Shown one piece after another: positions 35,801 to 40,827 of a stretch of 40,827 nucleotides of DNA. The first letter of the stretch is position 1; each line of letters opens with the position of its first letter. The notes beneath the pieces are model-generated. The model was not told the DNA's origin. It did not search any database and worked only from the letters and a program-made list of their open reading frames with translations. The position numbers and the translations under genes were made by a program. Location of the stretch: NCBI GenBank assembly GCA_964200075.2, contig CAXNAA020000009.1:1-40827 (forward strand), read 5' to 3'. This DNA comes from Sphacelaria rigidula (lineage: Eukaryota).

Positions 35801-38800
35801 CATCCCCCTCACGCACACAAGCGGTACGCACTTACATGTATTTAGTTCATTACATCTTTGCTTTTGGCTCAAGAATTATGGATTATTTGGGATGTAGAAA
35901 AAACGTGAAACAAACACAAACAAAACTGCGAGACAAAGAAAAAGCACGCTCTCGCAGTTGGGAAACTATGATAACACGAGACTAGTGTAGTTAATATTAA
36001 CGCTGCAGTCGAAGCGCGGGGGCGGGTAAACCCCAATGTCATTTCGTGGACGGTGGTCAACTTTGTGCTGCCTGCAGGTCTCGGGTTTCACGTGGACAGA
36101 ACTCCTCGGCAAGTCCTCGGATCATTGCGAGCACACTTCTGTTTATCCAGCTATCATCACGTTGTATCACGTGAAAAGAATACTTCATTTCCGGGGAAAT
36201 ATATCCTCGAAATTCCTATAACGATCGCCCGGAGGTGTGCGGACGACGGTCTCAAACATTCGAGGTGACATCAAGTCTCATCAGAGTCCAGGTCATCAAT
36301 GTAGGCATGCGTTCGTTTTTTGTGGAGGTGAACTGCGTATAGTTTGACTTTTGCGGAGTCAACACAGCCACCGCTGCTTATGCCATGTGGTCCAAATAGG
36401 ATGCAACAATAATTTCTGAGAACGGATAACGGTATCGACACATGGAGACTGCAAGGTGTCACTTCTTGTAAAAATCACGTCAACCGCGTTGGGTACCGTT
36501 TGGTAAGTGCCACCTGCCCCGCACGCAGCGTGATGTTACCTATGGACACGATGCTGGTCCAACCACCGATACCACAACACTCAAATGTTCCTTAGGAGTA
36601 TGGGTTGATTCCCTCAGGGCACGGACTTTGCTAGATGGCGGCATGATACCAACTGTGAAGAACCCACCGGAATCTCAACAGTACCTGCTTGTCAAATCCA
36701 ACCACGCCTCGCGAACGAGCGTCCCCCATCTGAGCATGTCCTGTCGGGTTGATATAGCAACGCTGGACAGTGTGAAAGGCATCCCAGACAGAAGCCGTCA
36801 GTGAATGGTGCTCGACATCGCTGTCACTACAGCACAGCTTGATGCAAACCGCCTCAGCGACGTACTCCAGGCACTCGAACAATTCGACTTGTTGAGACTG
36901 GGTGTCTGCCTGAGAAAAATGAGGAGCCGTTGCGAATTCAAAAGTAGCAGCAACGGGCGACACGAGGCAATGATGATGAGAGCCACAAACCAAGCGCCAT
37001 CATTAATGATAACATGAGCAACGGGGGGCTGCGGCAGCGGCGACGGAAGCTTGCCGACGTGGGGCAAGGGGGGACGCTTACGACCACGGTAGTTGGTATT
37101 CCCGACTCTCGCTCCGACTCTACGAAAAAAATTGTCCCCCGCACGTGTCGGACCGTCAATGAGAGCATCAAATTAGGAGCTGTATTTGACCACCTTGACT
37201 CATCAAAGCGACACGACATTGGCCGATGGAAATACCCAGCAACCGTGATACAGCGGTTACGGACTATATGTATGCGATCTATCGTGAGAAATGTCGGCGT
37301 CAGCTTCAGCACTCGACAACAGAAGACCAGACTTTTCAGTCAAGTCTGATGAAGGTGCCGCGTGACCAGCGCCCCCCACGGGACATTCACCGCCTTCGCA
37401 GGCGGTGACATTCCGGAGGTTGAGTTTGATATATCCCTGAGTTTGACAACCACCAGGTCACGAGACATGGCGTGAGCGATAAAACTCACGCAAGGCCGTG
37501 GCGGACAACACTGCCAGGGAAATCGGCTGTGGGGCAATCTGTACATTTTCCGTCCGTGGTGATTCAAGATAACTAAATGGTGGAACGGCGGCAAGAAGAA
37601 GCCTCAGTGACACAGGAAGGTTGTAAACATTCCCCCTCAACAAGTCCAACCCGAAGGGTAGGAAAGCTATACGGAAACCCGTTTGTTCATCATTAGCTCC
37701 ACACACATCGCCGCTTCAGGCGCATTCAGAAGGATATTAGAGGGGAAGGCGGCCATTTGAAAAAGAAGGAGAGTGTTTCCTCTACGACAATCATGGAACT
37801 ACGTTCCGCTGTGGTGGGATGTGAACCCGGGACCGTTTGTTCGTGATACGTACTTCTCATCTAATGGTGTCACCGGTGTGAAAATTTGCCCCGTGCTTCC
37901 CGCAAAATATATGCTGCAGCGCTCACCGCTTCAAAATAAACTGCCATGTGTCGATACATATTTCCGTGGTTGGAAGGTCACTCAGCGAATATTTTCTACA
38001 CAAATTTTCAGGCTCATAACCGTTTCGAAGCATCCTTGTGACTTTTTATCGACATCCACAACAATGGTACCGAGGAGAATCCGAGATCTGGCGGGGTAAA
38101 ACGCTCAGGGCCCCGTAGTGTTTTTTTTCATCAAATTTAGTGACTACTCTCACCAAGGTTCCCACTACATTCTTCAACAATGTGAGATCGCCCGAGCGGC
38201 TGTAGCGCCTACCGCGATCATAAAACTGTTTCATCCGTGTGGGAAGGGTCACTCAGCGAATGTTTTCAACACAGTTTTTCAGGCTCATAACCGTTTCGAT
38301 GCATCCTCGTGACCTCTCCGTTTGGAAATTTCCTACTTCCGAATCTAGCCTGTGAACTTGCGGTGTACATCTTCCGCGCATACATATACCACCAGCGTGG
38401 CACCGTGGTTGTCACCATCATGCACCACTGGATACTGTTCAAATCCCGCGTCTTCAACACAGCTTACTCTCGGTAGATATATGTTGTCCGTTAGTGACCG
38501 TATGTCTCGAGTTGATCGCTAGATTGGTGATCGTGCTTCAGCGGACCCCTCAGATATTATGCCATGGTCACATGATGTACGTAACCACGAAAAACGAAAA
38601 CGCTCACTCAATCCGGTTCTAGAGAAGAATACAAGGCGAGTGTTACCACGGAGAGTAATGATACGTACCTGCTCAAAGCAGCCCAATAGCTCCGTTACAT
38701 CCATAGATGGAGTCATGGCAACTTCCGTGAGTCTTGCCCCAACTCCCGCGGCAAGACCTCGGATGAGACATGTCTTCCCGGAACCACGGTGTCCGACGAC

Positions 38801-39860
38801 CAGCGATGGCCACCCCATGGCTACACACCTGGCACCCCAGGCGAGGGTTAGCGTAGACATGATTCGTCAAACGTTGACACGTAAGGCGATGAGCACCTCC
38901 CCCAAGCATTCCACTACAGCTGCCTGGTACTCAATGAGGGAAAAGCTTTTCAAACTACTATCGAGTGCGTCCCAAGTCGGACCAGCTAGAGCGCATCGGA
39001 TGTTCGGCCACCCCAGGGATGCAGCATTTCACTTCCACAGTATTGCGTTCATCAAGAAAGCTCAAATTAACAATCCTCATTTTCCCCCTCCTTCGATAAT
39101 GGGCAAGAAGACAAGGGAACCAAGGAAACGTCGGTCCGCACGGAGGTAAAGTCGCGGAGCATTCGTCGATTGATTTCCAGCGTTTTCGCATTAGTGAAAT
39201 TTCGACGGTTCCGCGCACCACACAACCGCGAGGAAAACAAGCATACGGAGACTCCAGAAAAAAGTACTTGTGTCCGAGGGGTTTTTTGCAGCACAACGGA
39301 AAAACAAGTACGAATGTTCACATCACGCTCACCTGGCTAGGGCTTGAAGTGGCCTCCTGAGTGCAACCGGCATCAGCGCATCATCACGTGACCTGACACA
39401 CTCGTCACCACCACGCCCCGCAACCTCCGACCAACAGCCACGAGGCAGCACGGTTTGTCCAATTTGTAACCAGTCGGGGGTAACCCGCAGTAAGGGGCGA
39501 GTGCCTACATTCCCTTCTGCTCTGCCCGTCCCCGGACGATTCAAGTGGCCCTCTTTTTTGTCCCCGCCTGTATTGCAGGCTGGAAACGCTTCGGGGAACA
39601 CCTCCTTAAAACGGGTCAGCAACGCCTCTCGATCCGCACATGTCCTCATGCGTTGGACGTACAAAGTGTCTACTATCAACCACGGCTGCCATGCTTCTCC
39701 ACCCGTGGCGGCTTCATCCGACTCATGTCCGATGGGACGCGTTGCCACCTGTTCGCGAATCATGAGTTCACACCATCTGAACACGTCGCGAAGATTGAAC
39801 TCCCACGGTGACCCATTGCGTCCGTAGAGGCTGGCTTCCATTGTATCTTCTTGTACACGA
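8623..39860 (-). CDS. MDN1: Midasin (MDN1/Rea1) dynein-related AAA ATPase for pre-60S maturation; spliced, 5'-truncated by the window
   Basis: Hand-built exon chain with GT/AG boundaries and consistent phases, in transcript order: 39333-39860, 38669-38828, ~36668/36685-36909, [one unresolved exon], 34678-34900, 30631-34453, 29735-30222, 29191-29470, 28508-28687, 26852-27652, 26296-26535, 25762-26041, 25199-25371, 24945-25027, 24530-24626, 23810-23941, 22986-23549, 22202-22540, 21368-21755, 20097-21067, 19773-19895, 19200-19344, 19001-19071, 18613-18785, 18360-18453, 17992-18180, 17328-17453, 16966-17139, 15529-15732, 14953-15015, 14399-14565, 13740-13804, 13376-13485, 12914-13087, 12465-12567, 12027-12299, 11611-11855, 10613-10740, 10026-10170, 9195-9363, 8623-8825 (stop). 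Midasin-typical motifs: GSPWEFNLRD, GHRGSGKT, FKWSDGILVKAL, SVLDRINPLLE, HPNFRLFLT, GTGMGEGDGKKDVTDQIEDEEQL, LCEQLRLVLEP..LQGDYRSGKRINMRRVIPYIAS..KDKIWLRRTKP, YPFPFY..LPETLADALRQWFE. Confidence 0.96.
9440..9773 (+). repeat. Intronic relative of the 183-495 repeat family, ending in degenerate (CCCTAA)n
   Basis: CATCGCCCAAAAGCGCAAATGCTCACGCCG..GGAGTTGGACTCTGAAA (~9538-9590) resembles the minus strand of ~440-495; TAACCCCCAACCCCAACCCTAATCCTAACCCTA at 9741-9773. Confidence 0.7.
12027..19344 (-). CDS. MDN1: Midasin D/E-rich tether exons (15 short exons)
   Basis: Highly acidic in-phase exons beginning FDDDVEGTGMGEGDGKKDV; include EMENDFEGDMFDV, VVDEKLWD, ELPDDLNLD and NPFRNPGDVMKHWHRRL. Confidence 0.85.
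13989..14155 (-). ncRNA. Box H/ACA snoRNA, snR34/U65 (SNORA65)-like, copy 1
   Basis: Hairpin 1 CGCAGGUC/GACCUGCG; H box AGAUGA; hairpin 2 UGUCGG/CCGUCA plus CCGCCG/CGGCGG; ACA at 13992-94. Guides CUGCCAC+GCCA and AUAGGAA+GUCGA. Inside midasin intron 13805-14398. Confidence 0.88.
14704..14866 (-). ncRNA. Box H/ACA snoRNA, snR34/U65-like, copy 2
   Basis: Same fold; H box AGAGCA; ACA at 14707-09; guides intact, a few stem mismatches. Intron 14566-14952. Confidence 0.85.
15208..15370 (-). ncRNA. Box H/ACA snoRNA, snR34/U65-like, copy 3
   Basis: Consensus-like copy; H box AGAGCA; ACA at 15211-13. Intron 15016-15528. Confidence 0.9.
16067..16229 (-). ncRNA. Box H/ACA snoRNA, snR34/U65-like, copy 4
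   Basis: H box AGAGCA; ACA at 16070-72; core guides intact; wobble-compatible changes in upper hairpin 2. Intron 15733-16965. Confidence 0.86.
16499..16711 (+). mobile_element. tRNA-derived SINE
   Basis: tRNA-like head GGCCCCGGTGGCTCAGTTGG (Pol III A box 16507-18), B box GGTTCAATTCC (16552-62), ~140-nt body, then AATAAAAAAAAA tail. No complete cloverleaf. Intronic, antisense to midasin. Confidence 0.8.
17692..17854 (-). ncRNA. Box H/ACA snoRNA, snR34/U65-like, copy 5
   Basis: Consensus-like copy; H box AGAGCA; ACA at 17695-97. Intron 17454-17991. Confidence 0.9.
19773..30222 (-). CDS. MDN1: Midasin helical linker exons (15 exons)
   Basis: In-phase exons encoding e.g. MLFPDY, KAQDWEQNAHRGVSL, WRGIELKGWPQLL, LDDFIRTSSVGEFMARL, KWDEQTYYSL..SHRKL, VKKRAVLDLL, KLHYVTLRVFRLLLSKGLC. 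Confidence 0.88.
21760..21821. repeat. Perfect 31-bp tandem duplication
   Basis: TACAGTAGGAGTCAAGACATGCCAAGTCGAG x2, next to the acceptor at 21756-57. Confidence 0.9.
24288..24450 (-). ncRNA. Box H/ACA snoRNA, snR34/U65-like, copy 6 (variant H box, possibly degenerate)
   Basis: Guides and ACA (24291-93) intact, but the H box reads AGAGCG. Intron 23942-24529. Confidence 0.72.
30631..34453 (-). CDS. MDN1: Midasin 3.8-kb exon, end of AAA6 plus N-terminal linker
   Basis: Lies within the 1369-aa ORF 30472..34581; SVLDRINPLLEPGG, HPNFRLFLTADP, EVSRAMRNRCVEI, LLLPSSPVDP; AG at 34454-55, GTGAGA donor at 30630. Confidence 0.92.
34678..34900 (-). CDS. MDN1: Midasin exon, AAA6 Walker B region (absent from the ORF track in this frame)
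   Basis: Translates ...CFKWSDGILVKALQRGDWLVFESANLCSA and splices in phase to S-VLDRINPLLEPGG at 34453. Confidence 0.9.
37976..38313. repeat. 67-bp direct repeat pair (37976-38042 and 38247-38313)
   Basis: GGTCACTCAGCGAAT.TTTTC.ACACA..TTTTCAGGCTCATAACCGTTTCGA.GCATCCT.GTGAC occurs twice, 271 bp apart, in a midasin intron. Confidence 0.85.
38669..38828 (-). CDS. MDN1: Midasin exon, AAA6 Walker A
   Basis: CVAMGWPSLVVGHRGSGKTCLIRGLA...MDVTELLGCFEQ; GT/AG boundaries, phase matches the upstream exon. Confidence 0.92.
39333..39860 (-). CDS. MDN1: Midasin exon, end of AAA5 module
   Basis: Encodes RVQEDTMEASLYGRNGSPWEFNLRDVFRWCELM...; AG acceptor at 39861-62, GTGAGC donor at 39332. Confidence 0.88.
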
Positions 39861-40753
39861 CTGCTCCGGACACACAAGCGGAAACCATAATGCCAAGTGG
39901 TTGGCAGCGATGACATCAAACATGACCAGCAAGTGCACACCCCATGGAACGACCAAGGCACGAGGGCGAAGGGCGTGCAGGTACAAGTACCGCTATTCAA
40001 GTGCGATGTTGAGGACAGCATGTCACACGGTCGGCGAGTCACACACAACGAGCATTACATCTCATTGTAAGAAAAGCAATGACTTGGGTGCTCGCTCTAT
40101 TGGCCATGTATTAGTCAAGCGATGAAGTCAGGGAGCGCCCTGCTCAATCACGGCGAGGCGAAATTTATCGACCAGACCCGAACGCCTAGATAAGCTTTTT
40201 CAGGTTCCCCAAGCCAGGGTGCTGCTCAAGCCAGGGTGCTGGGAGCATGGCTTATGGTATGACTTGCATGTCGTTAGACACGTCTTTCTCTACCAGCCTC
40301 ATCGGGTTTTCTCGGGGCCCGGTCCCCAACAGGGTTTTCTTCTCATCACGAGTCACATTCGTGCTCGTTCAACGTATGCAATTTTTTGTCGGCGTTCGCG
40401 CTGAGCTGTACTAAAGTTCAATTGCGGAAGTATCATTATCTGGATGAAATGTCGGAGATCAAGGCCCACGCTGAGGGACTGCTGAGTCGCCTGAGCAGAG
40501 GGGCAAAACGCCCGATACGAATCGGGTAGTTACTGTGACTCCAGCCCTACACGACTCGAGACTCGACGCAAACGAAGAGCCCAAGTGGAGGTATCAATCT
40601 ACGAGGGCTTGGATGCTAGAGGGCCATGGTAAAGGGCCGAAAAGCGGAAGACGATTATATGTACCCTCGTGTAGACAGTATGTGCTTCGTTGATACGAAA
40701 TTTATTCAGGCTGTGTCTGCGGCAACCTTGAAGGGGAGGGGAGATGGCGAGGC

Positions 40754-40784
<31 letters not shown>

Positions 40785-40827
40785 CTGCGGTGATGGTGGT
40801 GGGGGGGGCGAGCAACACCGCCCCCGC

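Noticed and set aside
40740-40810. G-rich tract (potential G-quadruplex)
   Set aside because: Poly-G/C runs are frequent in this window and error-prone; no specific evidence of function.

Overview
Eukaryotic, intron-rich genomic DNA. A brown alga or other stramenopile is inferred from the gene architecture and repeats but not proven. Most of the window (8623 to at least 39860, minus strand) is the 3' part of a midasin gene (MDN1/Rea1), reconstructed by hand as about 40 GT-AG exons. These cover the end of AAA5, AAA6, the helical linker, the D/E-rich tether and the C-terminal MIDAS domain; the 5' end lies beyond the window. The main hidden structure is a ~160-nt element present six times, one copy per intron and sense to midasin. 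It folds as a two-hairpin box H/ACA snoRNA whose two pockets match the large-subunit rRNA sites guided by yeast snR34/human U65 (SNORA65), and the copies show compensatory base changes. Also present: a tRNA-headed SINE, a repeat family with imperfect inverted repeats, a palindromic minisatellite, a probable small membrane-protein exon (1724-2413, +) and an assembly gap. All calls are by eye; no database searches were run.
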